The notes: generated by a model from the letters alone, not told the origin. A DNA stretch of 32,000 bases from an uncultured Opitutales bacterium (GCA_934691225.1 CAKUSQ010000001.1:330001-362000), one strand, 5' to 3'; positions 1 to 10,563 are shown, counted from the first letter of the stretch. Made by a program: numbers and translations.

Positions 1-639
1 TCTAGGTTTTATGCAAAATTAGGCGCTCTAAAACTAACATTACAGAAATGGTACCTACCTAATGGACAATCCACACAGCTACATGGTGTACGTTCAGATA
101 TTTCACTAAATTCTATTTACGATTGTCTCCCTATTGGTGAAGCTGACCTACCCAATGCATTAAAATGGGACTGCGTTGCACCTATGCCTTCAAAGCAAAT
201 TACTAATTCATCCTGCAAACTTATATACCCTGGCCTGATACAGTTTTTGGTTCATATGCAACACCAGCGACAAAAAACATTTCCTATGTACGATTGGTAC
301 GAAAAACAAGCTCACTGGTTTTCAAAAAAATACAACCAAACTGAATTCTCTCTCAATTTAAAAACACGTATTCAAAACATCAACGAAGAGCGAAATTTTC
401 GCAAAAAACTGCAAGAAGAAAGTAAACGTCTAAATTCGTATAAACTTTTTTATAAACCATTCTATCTAAGTGATGTACAAACGCAAAAAGTAAAAACAGA
501 AGCATCTTTCGATCTATTTGAATATGAAGCCTTAAACTTAATGGCAGATTGGTTGCTTTATCACACGCAACAAAATTTTAACTTTATTCAATGGACCTAT
601 ACCATGAAACTAAAAAAATCGCTTCAACTTTTATTGTAA
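1..639 (+). CDS. prc: Tail-specific (C-terminal processing, S41) protease, C-terminal part; the gene enters from upstream of the window
   Basis: Frame +1 is open from base 1, with no stop before the ATG at 184 listed in the ORF track. Bases 1-183 translate to SRFYAKLGALKLTLQKWYLPNGQSTQLHGVRSDISL...EADLPNALKWDCVAP. This matches the conserved C-terminal block of E. coli-type Prc (GALK.T.QKFYR.NG.STQ..GV.PDI ... EDNALPWD). The last ~150 aa are a lineage-specific tail. Confidence 0.8.
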   Translation, partial: SRFYAKLGALKLTLQKWYLPNGQSTQLHGVRSDISLNSIYDCLPIGEADLPNALKWDCVAPMPSKQITNSSCKLIYPGLIQFLVHMQHQRQKTFPMYDWYEKQAHWFSKKYNQTEFSLNLKTRIQNINEERNFRKKLQEESKRLNSYKLFYKPFYLSDVQTQKVKTEASFDLFEYEALNLMADWLLYHTQQNFNFIQWTYTMKLKKSLQLLL

Positions 640-1437
640 ATGTTAATATCAAGTAAAACAAACCCAAAGTATAAGTACTTACTTCAATTAAGTTCTGCTC
701 ATAAACATAAACAATCTATGTTTTTGATTGAAGGATTTCGTGAAGTATCGCGTGCTCTTAAAGCTGGTATAAATCTTGAATACATGATTTTTAACCAAAC
801 ATCATTTCAGTTACCTAGCGTAAAAGAAAACTTTGGTGAATTTACAGAAAATCATCGATGCCTTGTTTTCCCTAACAACTTATTTAAAAAATTAAGTTTA
901 CGTGACAATCCTGATGGCATCATGGGTATAGCTCAAAAATGGAGTCCTAAATTTCTTCGATCTAATCTAAAAAAAGATGGTTTATATTTGTTAGTAGAAG
1001 GTATTGAAAAACCAGGTAATTTGGGAGCACTCATGCGATCTGCTGAAGCTACAGCTGTTGATGGCTTTTTTATTGCAAATCCCGTTGTAGATATTTTTAA
1101 TCCCAATGTAATTCGTGCTTCTCAAGGAGCTGTTTTCAATTTAAACATTTATTGGGATTCCTCTGAAAATCTACTAAATTTGTTAAAAACAACTTCCTTG
1201 CAACTGCTAGCAACAACGCCACATGCCCAACAAATGTACTGGGATTGTGATATGCGAAAAGGCAGCGTTATTTGCATTGGAAGCGAAGCTTATGGACTCA
1301 GCCACTTGTGGCTTCAACAAGCGACCCCCATCACAATTCCAATGTATGGGCAATCCGCAGATTCTTTAAATGCAGGAGTTTCTGGCACATTATGCCTTTA
1401 TGAAGCACAACGACAACGCCGTACAACATCATGTTAA
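640..1437 (+). CDS. TrmH/SpoU-family RNA 2'-O-ribose methyltransferase
   Basis: SPOUT motifs are present: LLVEGIEKPGNLGALMRSAEA, ICIGSEAYGLS, and IPMYGQSADSLNAGVSGTLCLYE. The ATG directly abuts the prc stop (TAAATG). Confidence 0.85.
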   Translation: MLISSKTNPKYKYLLQLSSAHKHKQSMFLIEGFREVSRALKAGINLEYMIFNQTSFQLPSVKENFGEFTENHRCLVFPNNLFKKLSLRDNPDGIMGIAQKWSPKFLRSNLKKDGLYLLVEGIEKPGNLGALMRSAEATAVDGFFIANPVVDIFNPNVIRASQGAVFNLNIYWDSSENLLNLLKTTSLQLLATTPHAQQMYWDCDMRKGSVICIGSEAYGLSHLWLQQATPITIPMYGQSADSLNAGVSGTLCLYEAQRQRRTTSC

Positions 1438-3089
1438 AAACATTGATTATAGATAATTTAACACTTATCCACCACGTTGAACTTGACTTCAATGCAGGAC
1501 TTATCTGTTTTACAGGAGAAACGGGTGCCGGGAAAAGTGTATTTTTAAGTGCGTTAAAACTGCTTGCAGGCCAACGATGTGAACGCATGGCTCTACGCCC
1601 TGGAACAGAAACCTGCAAAATTGAAGCTTTATTTTCATTTAGCCAAGAACAATGCACAGCTATCGACGCACTTTTAACTTCACACGATATTCCTGCTTGT
1701 GAAAATGGAGAACTTATTTTGCGGCGATCTTTTGGGAAACAACAAAAAATTTCTATCAACGGTACGTTAACTTCACTAAATTTACTTAAATCTCTTGGCA
1801 AATTTTGGTTAGAATTTCATACACCTAATGAACCTCAACGTTTATTTTCTAAACAAGTTCAAATGGAATTATTAGATCGATTTGCTAATATTGAACAGCA
1901 AGCGCACAATTATCAAATAAATTTCAGGGAATATACCCAACTTCAACAACAACTACAAACATTAATTCAAGAGGTAAGATCCAATCCTGGCGTCATCGAT
2001 TTTTTGAAAAAACAATGCAAGCTATTTGAAACTTTAGAACTAACTTCTGACTTCATAGAGCAATTAGAATTAGATTTTAAACGCGTTAATCAAAAAGAAA
2101 CGTGCCTACAAATATTACAAAATATCCATAATTGTTTCAATAAAACGTCTGGATTAAACGAAGCCATCGATCGTTTACAGCACTTTCTTGCATCCTTACA
2201 AATGCATTGGCCTCAAGCACAATCTCTCGTTGAACAATGTCAACAAGTTCGTATTGAAATTCAAGACATTGAAAACACTTGTACACAGGAACAAAATACA
2301 TTCGATCTTGACCCAGAACAATGCCAACAAATCCAACAAAACATGCAAGTTTGGTTAGAGATTAAACATCATTATGGTCCCTCGCTTGCACAAGTGATTC
2401 AAGCCAAGCAAGAACTGCAAAATAAACTAGATATCCTTGAAAATGGAGAAACAAAAATTCAAGCGTTGCAAATGCAATGCTCTAAACTTGAAACCATTTG
2501 TCGAGAAAAAGCTCAACAACTCCATCGCCAACGTGAACAATGCCTTCAAGTATTAACGTTTAAAATTACCGAATGTCTTCAAACATTAGGGTTTCAACAT
2601 CCCAAATTTGAAATCCAACTTGAATGTAATAATACCCTAACCCAAGAAGGTCTCTCTGAAATCTGCTTTAAGTTTGCTTCGGATAAAACTTTACCCAGTT
2701 TACCGCTCAACCAAGTTGCTTCTTCAGGAGAACTTTCTCGTATTTTACTTGCATTAAAAAATGTGTTAAATGACACTTCCAATATTCCTGTTCTTGTTTT
2801 TGATGAAATCGATGCAAATGTTGGCGGAGAAATTGGACAAAAAGTTGGTAGCCTACTTAAAAATCTTGGTAAACGTGTACAAATTTTTTGTGTAACCCAC
2901 TTACCACAAGTTGCGGGACAAGCACATTGGCATTATCTTGTTTCAAAATCGCTTAAAGATACGATTCCTACGATTCAATTTAAAATGTTAGACACACCTG
3001 AATTACGTTCTCATGAATTAGCACGTATGTTAGGGGATGCAAAATCTACATCAGCCTTAAAACATGCACAAACGCTCCTTTCTGTTTAA
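1431..3089 (+). CDS. recN: DNA repair protein RecN (SMC-like ATPase)
   Basis: Walker A FTGETGAGKS at the N-terminus, a long Q-rich coiled-coil middle, signature SSGELSR and Walker B LVFDEIDANVGG near the C-terminus. Length 552 aa. The start overlaps the trmH-family stop (ATGTTAA). Confidence 0.92.
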   Translation: MLKTLIIDNLTLIHHVELDFNAGLICFTGETGAGKSVFLSALKLLAGQRCERMALRPGTETCKIEALFSFSQEQCTAIDALLTSHDIPACENGELILRRSFGKQQKISINGTLTSLNLLKSLGKFWLEFHTPNEPQRLFSKQVQMELLDRFANIEQQAHNYQINFREYTQLQQQLQTLIQEVRSNPGVIDFLKKQCKLFETLELTSDFIEQLELDFKRVNQKETCLQILQNIHNCFNKTSGLNEAIDRLQHFLASLQMHWPQAQSLVEQCQQVRIEIQDIENTCTQEQNTFDLDPEQCQQIQQNMQVWLEIKHHYGPSLAQVIQAKQELQNKLDILENGETKIQALQMQCSKLETICREKAQQLHRQREQCLQVLTFKITECLQTLGFQHPKFEIQLECNNTLTQEGLSEICFKFASDKTLPSLPLNQVASSGELSRILLALKNVLNDTSNIPVLVFDEIDANVGGEIGQKVGSLLKNLGKRVQIFCVTHLPQVAGQAHWHYLVSKSLKDTIPTIQFKMLDTPELRSHELARMLGDAKSTSALKHAQTLLSV

Positions 3090-3095
3090 CTTTTC

Positions 3096-4091
3096 TTACC
3101 GAGTAGAAAGTTTTAATTTTAATTCTAATATTTGCCGCATATTGGTAGCAGCACCTTTTAATAACTGATTTCCAACAACCCAAAAAGCCAACGTATGTGG
3201 ACGTGTCGTATCCATTCGCAAACGTCCTACATGGCAAAGAGAATTATCCTTAGCAACATAAGTATCAGGATAATTTTCCACATAAAACTTAACACCAGGC
3301 GTTTCATTTAAAATTTCTTCCGCCACATCTAATGCAATGTCAGTTTCAAATGTCGCTGAAATACTTAATGAATGACATTGCAAAACAGGAACACGGACAC
3401 AAGTTGAAAAAACTTTTAGATTGGGTAAGCCTAAAATTTTTCGGCTTTCATTACATACTTTTTGCTCTTCTTCCGTATCTCCATTAGGCAAGAAATGACC
3501 TATTTGAGGAATCGCATTAAAAAACAAAACCTTTGGAAATGCTTTTGGCTTTGCTTGCGGCGTTTTTAATACCCAGGATTTGCATTGTTCCGTTAATTCG
3601 TTTACCCCTTGTTTTCCAACACCTGAAGCAGCTTGATAGCTACTCAAGGAAAATGAACATAGATGACCATAACGATGAAGTGGAGCTAATGCCATCAATA
3701 CTAAAGTTGTTGTACAATTAGGACTCGACACACAATTCATCGAAGGTGTTAAAATATTTCCATTAATTTCTGGAATAATCAAAGGAATATTTTCATCTTC
3801 ACGAAAAGCAGAACTACCATCTATAATAAAAATTGACTCATTTTTACGCAATAAAGGAATCCATTGTTTAGATATGTTTGGTGGTGTGGCAAAAAATACA
3901 ACATCTAAATGCATGGCTCCCAACCGCGACATATTGCAAACATGAATTTTTTGCTTGCTTACTCTTTTAACAGGTTCAGCATTATCGGAAATAAAAATGT
4001 ATAGATCAAAGGCTTCTTTAAAATGGTTAAAAAGCTCATCGATCAAAGTTTTACCAACGAGGCCTGTGGCCCCTACGATCCCGATATTCAT
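3096..4091 (-). CDS. asd: Aspartate-semialdehyde dehydrogenase
   Basis: Rossmann N-terminus MNIGIVGATGLVGKTL and active-site block SSPNCTT (Cys nucleophile). Length 331 aa. Convergent with recN, with only 6 nt between the stops. Confidence 0.92.
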   Translation of the reverse strand: MNIGIVGATGLVGKTLIDELFNHFKEAFDLYIFISDNAEPVKRVSKQKIHVCNMSRLGAMHLDVVFFATPPNISKQWIPLLRKNESIFIIDGSSAFREDENIPLIIPEINGNILTPSMNCVSSPNCTTTLVLMALAPLHRYGHLCSFSLSSYQAASGVGKQGVNELTEQCKSWVLKTPQAKPKAFPKVLFFNAIPQIGHFLPNGDTEEEQKVCNESRKILGLPNLKVFSTCVRVPVLQCHSLSISATFETDIALDVAEEILNETPGVKFYVENYPDTYVAKDNSLCHVGRLRMDTTRPHTLAFWVVGNQLLKGAATNMRQILELKLKLSTR

Positions 4092-4102
4092 AAAACAAAA
4101 CG

Positions 4103-5020
4103 CTAAATAATCTTTTTATAAAAGCCAACACAACTTTCGTAAAAATTTCCACCTGGATGAGCTCTTGTTTTATACTGAGAACCATAAAAAGCTAAAAACT
4201 GATCGCAAGGATCAAAACCCATTTTTCTTAAAAAATGCCGCGAACGCGTATTGCGCATTGCAACTCGATCTGAAAATAAATAACCATCTGGTGTAATTTC
4301 TTTCAAGATGTTCATAATTTCCAATGTCATTGCAGACATCAAACCGCAATGCTGAAATTTTGGAATAATATTGTAAGAAATATTACACATCCATGCATTT
4401 CTAGGAAGATTTTGTGAAAAAAAAAGGTAGGTATCCAAACTACCTGTAATAAATTCAAACCATTTTTCTGGATCTACCTCTGTATTAAAATGTTCGTTAA
4501 ATCTATGAGCAAGAAAATTAGACTGCAAAAAATCTACACAAGCCTTTCTAGAAAACTTTGATAAATCTTCCAAATGCAACGGTATATTAAAAAAAGTTCC
4601 CCAATCTTCCGATAATTTCTTTTGAAAATTACATGCAATACGATCTATTCGATAGGGATCTATCTGAAAAAAAGCAATAGGTTCGTTGTCCTTCAAAAGC
4701 AAAAATGTTACAAAAAAACGATGCTGCAAACAACATGAAATATTTTTTACGCAAATATCCATTTTATCTTCTGCAAACATCTCTAAGTCATCGTAATTCT
4801 CCTGACTTGTCCCATAGGAACGCAAAACATTGTAAAGCCCAGAAGCATCACCCGCTTGCGCAACTCGCATTACGAAACCATCATTTTTAAAATTTACAGC
4901 TTTAAAAATTTCAGCATTTGCTTCTGATATTTGCGAACAAACACCTTCAACGAACGGGAAAAAAGATGGAACTGTGTAACAAGAATTTTGAGCTGTAGCA
5001 ATACGAATTCGCTCTCCCAT
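4103..5020 (-). CDS. Divergent GNAT-fold acyltransferase-like protein with a ~120 aa insertion; function unknown
   Basis: GNAT-like landmarks by eye: FVMRVAQAGDASGLYNVL (beta1/alpha1), FFVTFLLLKDNEPIAFFQI (beta-strand pair), ISYNIIPKFQHCGLMSAMTLEIMNILKE (motif A position, with the Q/R-x-x-G-x-G/A loop replaced by FQHCGL), and DRVAMRNTRSRHFLRKMGF (motif B). A long insert separates the two halves. Ends 11 nt upstream of asd. Confidence 0.5.
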   Translation of the reverse strand: MGERIRIATAQNSCYTVPSFFPFVEGVCSQISEANAEIFKAVNFKNDGFVMRVAQAGDASGLYNVLRSYGTSQENYDDLEMFAEDKMDICVKNISCCLQHRFFVTFLLLKDNEPIAFFQIDPYRIDRIACNFQKKLSEDWGTFFNIPLHLEDLSKFSRKACVDFLQSNFLAHRFNEHFNTEVDPEKWFEFITGSLDTYLFFSQNLPRNAWMCNISYNIIPKFQHCGLMSAMTLEIMNILKEITPDGYLFSDRVAMRNTRSRHFLRKMGFDPCDQFLAFYGSQYKTRAHPGGNFYESCVGFYKKII

Positions 5021-5023
5021 ACA

Positions 5024-5425
5024 TTAACCTTGTAATAGCATAATTCGAAATTCTTCCAATAATTCAGCACTAACAGTCTCTGCTTGTAAAATTCGCATCG
5101 CATCCTGGTAAAGCAAACTAATCGCATTACGTTTTTCATTTTTCTTCAACGCCGCTAATTTCTCGATCAACCAACGCAGTTTTTGTTGATATTCTAAAGG
5201 TGTCATCTGTTCAAACTGCTTAACTTTCGGCTTTAAAACTTCAACCACTTCACTCCCTAATGTCTTTACATTTAAAATGCGAACTAATCGATCATCCAAT
5301 CCATCCGGCCTCGGGTTATTCCCCCCTTTTTGGATGCAGTTTTGCTTTACATCTTCAACTATCGTAATTTTAGATACTCCTACATTCATATCTAAAAAAC
5401 GCTTCTTCCAATTGGCCAATCCCAT
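5024..5425 (-). CDS. Hypothetical protein, 133 aa (helical C-terminal half); no family recognised
   Basis: Long ORF in stop-rich AT-rich DNA. It ends 3 nt before the GNAT-like gene start, which implies an operon. No motif I can assign. Confidence 0.55.
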   Translation of the reverse strand: MGLANWKKRFLDMNVGVSKITIVEDVKQNCIQKGGNNPRPDGLDDRLVRILNVKTLGSEVVEVLKPKVKQFEQMTPLEYQQKLRWLIEKLAALKKNEKRNAISLLYQDAMRILQAETVSAELLEEFRIMLLQG

Positions 5426-5558
5426 ATTAATATTATAAAATTGTTTTTAGAAAAAATCAAGGCCTTGTTTTTATTTATCATCCTCAAGTTAAATAAAACC
5501 ATATTTTTCCATGGACAAAAGCACACATCTCACATAAAAATCTGAACATTAGGACATT

Positions 5559-7067
5559 ATGCTTTCAATTATAGATTCAGGTAGCTTACATGGAATAGAC
5601 GCGCTTCCCATTCAAGTCGAAGTTAATACAGGTGAACGAGGCGAATTAAAATGGGTTATGGTAGGACTTCCAGATGCGGCTGTAAAAGAATCTCAAAATC
5701 GTGTATTTTCTGCTCTAGGTAATTGTGGCTTTACACTTCCTATTTCAAGGACAACCATCAATTTAGCCCCTGGCGATTTGAAAAAAGAAGGCCCTATATA
5801 TGATCTACCTATTGCTTTGGCTATTATTTCAGCTACACAACAAGCTAATTTAGAAAGAGCGCATGAATTTCTAGTAGCTGGTGAACTCAGTTTATCAGGC
5901 AAATTGCGCAGCATTCCAGGTGCCTTTAATTTAGCTTTATTAGCTAAAAAAATGAAAAAACGCGGTGTTATTCTTCCGATAGAATGTGCTCAAATGGCCA
6001 CATTTGTAGAAGATGTTGAAGTTTATGGTATCGATCATTTGCAAGACTGTGTCCAATTTTTAACAGGCACAAAACAGTTGTCACCTATAACAACGACAAA
6101 TCATATACAAACAAACGAAATTATTCATAATTTAAATGCTATCCATGGACAACGTATTTTAAAACGTGTTGTTGAAATTGCTGTTGCAGGCAATCACAAT
6201 CTGATCATGATGGGACCTCCTGGATGCGGAAAATCAATGATCGCAAAATGCATTCCTGACCTTATGCCACCTCCAACGAATGATGAATGGTTAGAAATTT
6301 TGAAAATACAATGTGCATGCAATATAAATGTAGATACCTCTGAACGGCGACGTCCTTTTCGTTCCCCTCACCACAATGTAAGTGATGCCGGTCTTATTGG
6401 CGGCGGTATTGTCCCCAAACCCGGCGAAATTTCGTTGGCCCATCGAGGGGTTTTATTTTTAGATGAATTGCCGGAATTTAAACGCTCCGTATTAGAAATG
6501 CTACGACAACCTCTTGAAAATGGAGAAGTTACCATCGTTCGTTCAAACGGTAAACTAACGTTTCCTTGCAAAACACTTTGCGTTGCCGCTATGAATCCGT
6601 GCCCATGCGGTTACTTTGGTAATCATCAACGTCGTTGCGTCTGCTCTCAAAAACAAATACAACAATACCGTTCTAGAATTAGTGGCCCTTTACTCGATCG
6701 GTTCGATTTGCAACTTGAAATTCAACCGGTAAACCTATCTGCTTTTCAAAAGAATGGATCATCTGAAGAATCATCTGTTACCGTAAAGGAACGTATTATT
6801 GCTGCAAGAAACCTACAAATAAAACGCGCTCACATGTGTAACGCATACTTATCAGCCTCTCAATTAGAACAATCTTGTTGCTGCTCACATACCGATTTGT
6901 TATGGCTTCAAAAGGCTTGTCAACAACTGCAATTGTCTGCTCGAGCTTATCATAAAGTTTTAAAAATCTCTCGAACCATTGCCGACCTAGAAAACAGTTC
7001 TGCCATTCAACAAAAACACTTAATGGAAGCCATGCAGTATCGATGTTTTGATAGATCTTGGCGATAA
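5559..7067 (+). CDS. comM: YifB/ComM-family Mg-chelatase-like AAA+ ATPase
   Basis: N-terminal Lon-like domain (SGSLHGIDALPIQVEV...), Walker A MMGPPGCGKSM, Walker B VLFLDELPEF, and Cys cluster CPCGYFGNHQRRCVCS. Length 502 aa. AGGA lies 9 nt upstream of the ATG. Confidence 0.9.
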   Translation: MLSIIDSGSLHGIDALPIQVEVNTGERGELKWVMVGLPDAAVKESQNRVFSALGNCGFTLPISRTTINLAPGDLKKEGPIYDLPIALAIISATQQANLERAHEFLVAGELSLSGKLRSIPGAFNLALLAKKMKKRGVILPIECAQMATFVEDVEVYGIDHLQDCVQFLTGTKQLSPITTTNHIQTNEIIHNLNAIHGQRILKRVVEIAVAGNHNLIMMGPPGCGKSMIAKCIPDLMPPPTNDEWLEILKIQCACNINVDTSERRRPFRSPHHNVSDAGLIGGGIVPKPGEISLAHRGVLFLDELPEFKRSVLEMLRQPLENGEVTIVRSNGKLTFPCKTLCVAAMNPCPCGYFGNHQRRCVCSQKQIQQYRSRISGPLLDRFDLQLEIQPVNLSAFQKNGSSEESSVTVKERIIAARNLQIKRAHMCNAYLSASQLEQSCCCSHTDLLWLQKACQQLQLSARAYHKVLKISRTIADLENSSAIQQKHLMEAMQYRCFDRSWR

Positions 7068-7275
7068 ATATTGACAAAAAATAAAAGGTATCTGTAAATT
7101 AAGTGCGTGTTTTATAATATAAAATTGAAAATAAGTGCTTTGTTTGGCATCGCGCTTCAAGTTTTGTGTTTAGCCGATATCAGTGATGAAAATTTTAAAA
7201 AATATTTAAATTTCATTAAATTACAACCTGAATAATGTCATAAACATTTAAATATAGATTTCTCTAAAACTTTGC

Positions 7276-8091
7276 ATGGAACCCTCTTTTGATTGGACTA
7301 TTTTTCAATATCGAGAATTGATGCCGGTAAATTTGGCATCAATTTTTGATTTTTCAGTTAAAAACTCCACTTCCAAAAACACCATCCCTTGTAGGTTTTA
7401 CATACCAAAAAACCACAAAAAGAATACTGTCATTTTGTTTGTCCATGGAGGTGGATGGTGCATGGGAAATTTAGAATCGCATAATGCATTTTGCACACAT
7501 TTGGCAAGTGTTACAAAAACAAAAGTTTGTGCCTTAGCATATCGCTTGAGCCCTCAATTTCCTTTCCCACACGCCTTACAGGATGTTCAAAATGTCTACT
7601 TATACTTAAATAAATATTACTCAAAAATTATTCTTTCAGGCGATAGTTCTGGTGGTAATCTTTGTTTAGCGTTAACACAAATTTTGAATAGAAAATTTAG
7701 TACATTATTGTTTTACCCTGTTCTAGATGACGATTTTACAACACCTTCTTATAAAATTTACGGAACAGAAGCAGAATTAAACATTCCTATGATGCATTAT
7801 TTTTGGAATAATTATGCTCCTCCCACTATTAACCGCAATCAAAGCACACTTTGTCCCCAAAAAAGCTTTAACCTAAACAAACTAAGCAAATCAATTATCA
7901 TATCTGCAGAAAAAGATATATTATTTTCTGAAGCAGAAACATTTTCTAAAAAGCTTACAAAAGATTCCATACCCGTTAAGCACATCATCATAAAAAATGC
8001 AAAACATGGCTTTATGACATACGGACAAGGACATTTACTTTACGCCCTCCGAGCACTAAAACTGATACACAAAATTAAGGCTTTGCTTTAG
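7276..8091 (+). CDS. Alpha/beta-hydrolase, family IV (HSL-like) esterase/lipase
   Basis: Oxyanion motif HGGGW, nucleophile elbow GDSSGG, and late AEKD...KHGF providing candidate Asp/His. No signal peptide. Confidence 0.8.
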   Translation: MEPSFDWTIFQYRELMPVNLASIFDFSVKNSTSKNTIPCRFYIPKNHKKNTVILFVHGGGWCMGNLESHNAFCTHLASVTKTKVCALAYRLSPQFPFPHALQDVQNVYLYLNKYYSKIILSGDSSGGNLCLALTQILNRKFSTLLFYPVLDDDFTTPSYKIYGTEAELNIPMMHYFWNNYAPPTINRNQSTLCPQKSFNLNKLSKSIIISAEKDILFSEAETFSKKLTKDSIPVKHIIIKNAKHGFMTYGQGHLLYALRALKLIHKIKALL

Positions 8092-8130
8092 AATTTTAAA
8101 AAAAACTCGACATATCAAGCTTTAAAACTC

Positions 8131-8220
<90 letters not shown>

Positions 8221-8258
8221 TAAAAACAAGTAAGATATTGTAAATAATCCTACTTGTT
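8221..8258 (-). terminator. Possible weak intrinsic terminator after hppA
   Basis: On the minus strand: AACAAGTA, 18 nt loop, TACTTGTT, then TTTTA, immediately before the tRNA-Ser 5' end. The stem is AT-rich and the loop is large, so support is marginal. Confidence 0.25.
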
Positions 8259-8265
8259 GGCAACA

Positions 8266-10443
8266 TTAAAATTGAAAAACTAATGTTACACCAGCACCAA
8301 TAATAGAAGCAATGGTCATTAATTTTAACAATATGTTTAAACTAGGTCCTGCAGTATCTTTAAATGGATCACCTACAGTATCTCCAATTACAGCCGCCTT
8401 ATGTGCCTCTGAACCTTTACCGCCGAAGTGACCTTCTTCAATGTATTTTTTAGCATTATCCCAAGCACCTCCTGAGTTAGCCATAAATATAGCTAAAACA
8501 AAACCTGAAGCTAATGTTCCTGCTAACATTCCAATTACCCCTGGCACGCCTAAACAAATACCGACGATGAAAGGAAAAGCAATGGTCATCAAAGCAGGTA
8601 ACATCATTTCTTTTTGAGCCGATTCGGTTGAAATTCGAATGCAGCGCGAATAATCCGGTTTTGCTTCTCCTGTAAGAATACCTTTAATCTCCTTAAACTG
8701 ACGACGAACTTCATCAACCATTTTTGAAGCAGCACGGCCTACCGCATTCATTGACATTCCGCAGAAAACAAAGGCTAACATAGAACCGATGAACATTCCC
8801 ATCAACACTTTTGGATTTAACAAATGGATTTCAAAGAACTGCATTAATTGAACTAATGTAACATCATTCGTAGGATATGAAACACCATTGATTTCCAGAA
8901 CATCTTTTCCTATACGCAATAATCCCAATTTCAATTCTTGCACATAAGAGGCAATTAACGCTAACGCCGTCAATGCAGCTGAACCAATCGCAAAACCTTT
9001 TCCTGTAGCGGCTGTTGTATTTCCAATAGCATCTAAAGCGTCTGTGCGTTTACGAACTTCTGGTGGCAAACTACTCATTTCAGCATTTCCACCTGCATTA
9101 TCCGCAATAGGACCATAAGCATCTGTTGCTAACGTAATTCCAAGTGTTGATAACATTCCAACTGCAGCTAATCCAATTCCATATAAACCTTCATTGATCG
9201 CTGAAAATTGAAAATGTGAGGCAAAACCAAAAGCTAATGACATTCCAATTACAACCGAAAATACCGGGATCATAGTTGAAGCCATTCCGACACCTAACCC
9301 ATCAATAATGACAGGTCCTGCACCTGAAGCAGCACTTTCAGCAATATGTTTTGTAGGCGCATACTCTGAAGAAGTATAATATTCACTGCCTTTACCAATA
9401 ACAATACCTGTAATAAGTCCAGAAACTAAAGATCCCCAAATATGAGCTCCTAATCCCAACCACTGCAACAATAAGTAAGATATAACTACTAAACCTAACG
9501 CAGCAATTTGAATTCCATGATCTAATGCTTTCAAAATAACTTTACCCGACTCATTATCGCGAACTTTTACGCAAAATATGCCTCCAATGGATAAAAACAC
9601 ACCTAAAGCTCCCATTAAAACAGGTGCCAAAACTGCATTCCATTGTAAATCAGGTTGCTTAAAAAAGGCTATGGCTCCCAAAGATGCTGCAGCTAAAATA
9701 GATCCATAATAAGATTCATAAAGATCAGCTCCCATACCAGCAACATCTCCCACATTATCACCTACGTTATCAGCAATTGTAGCTGGATTACGTGGATCGT
9801 CTTCTGGAATTCCAGCTTCAACCTTACCTACCAAGTCTGCTCCAACATCCGCAGCTTTTGTAAAAATTCCACCACCAACACGCGCAAATAAAGCTTGCAA
9901 TGAAGCTCCAATACCGAAAGTAACCATGGCTGTCGTGATCAAGAGGACACGCTCAGATTCTTCCGCAGCGGTTGTACAATTATTTAAAACTAAAAACCAA
10001 AAAGAATAATCTAACAAAGCTAAACCAACAACCGTCAACCCCATTACGGAACCACTACGAAAAGCAACCGTTAAACCTTTATTTAAGGAATGCCGTGCAG
10101 CTTCTGCCGTACGAGCGGAAGCAGATGTAGCTGTTTTCATACCAAAAAAACCTGCCAAGCCTGAACACAAACCACTGGTTAAAAATGCGAAAGGAACCCA
10201 GTGATTTTGTAAATCAAATCCGTAAGCTAAAATTCCCAACAATATAACCAAAACAAAAAACACCAAGCCAACAACTTTATACTGTTGCTTTAAATAAGCC
10301 ATAGCACCTTCTCGAACATACGAAGCAATCGTTCGCATGGTCTCATTACCTTCGTCTTCCTTGACCATCTGCCGATAAAAATATGCGGCAAACCCTAGCG
10401 CACACAACCCCGCAGCAGGAGCTAACCAAAACAATCCATTCAT
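8266..10443 (-). CDS. hppA: Membrane-integral pyrophosphate-energised cation pump (M-PPase), K+-dependent subtype
   Basis: 725 aa polytopic protein. M-PPase signatures present: [71 protein letters not shown]. Ala (not Lys) in GNTTAA is the known marker of the K+-dependent subfamily. Confidence 0.95.
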   Translation of the reverse strand: MNGLFWLAPAAGLCALGFAAYFYRQMVKEDEGNETMRTIASYVREGAMAYLKQQYKVVGLVFFVLVILLGILAYGFDLQNHWVPFAFLTSGLCSGLAGFFGMKTATSASARTAEAARHSLNKGLTVAFRSGSVMGLTVVGLALLDYSFWFLVLNNCTTAAEESERVLLITTAMVTFGIGASLQALFARVGGGIFTKAADVGADLVGKVEAGIPEDDPRNPATIADNVGDNVGDVAGMGADLYESYYGSILAAASLGAIAFFKQPDLQWNAVLAPVLMGALGVFLSIGGIFCVKVRDNESGKVILKALDHGIQIAALGLVVISYLLLQWLGLGAHIWGSLVSGLITGIVIGKGSEYYTSSEYAPTKHIAESAASGAGPVIIDGLGVGMASTMIPVFSVVIGMSLAFGFASHFQFSAINEGLYGIGLAAVGMLSTLGITLATDAYGPIADNAGGNAEMSSLPPEVRKRTDALDAIGNTTAATGKGFAIGSAALTALALIASYVQELKLGLLRIGKDVLEINGVSYPTNDVTLVQLMQFFEIHLLNPKVLMGMFIGSMLAFVFCGMSMNAVGRAASKMVDEVRRQFKEIKGILTGEAKPDYSRCIRISTESAQKEMMLPALMTIAFPFIVGICLGVPGVIGMLAGTLASGFVLAIFMANSGGAWDNAKKYIEEGHFGGKGSEAHKAAVIGDTVGDPFKDTAGPSLNILLKLMTIASIIGAGVTLVFQF

Positions 10444-10488
10444 ATCATAAGTCTTTCTATTATTTCTAATTGAACGTACCTTTCATTT

Positions 10489-10517
10489 ATTTATGACATA
10501 TTTTAAAAAAACTTCAA
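10489..10517 (-). promoter_or_regulatory. Candidate sigma70-type promoter for hppA
   Basis: Minus strand reads TTGAAG (10517-10512), a 17 nt spacer, then ATAAAT (10494-10489), about 45 nt upstream of the hppA ATG. Sequence match only. Confidence 0.3.
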
Positions 10518-10563
10518 GATTAATTCGTCCAAATTAAAAAAATTAACCCCTATGCAGCAAAAA

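Noticed and set aside
1331-1801. 156 aa minus-strand ORF overlapping trmH and recN
   Set aside because: It is antisense to two strongly supported genes and has no motifs. It is a typical shadow ORF.
3077-3113. CTTTCT ... AGAAAG inverted repeat at the recN/asd convergent junction, as a bidirectional terminator
   Set aside because: It has only a 6 bp stem with a >20 nt loop and is embedded in both coding ends. Support is insufficient.
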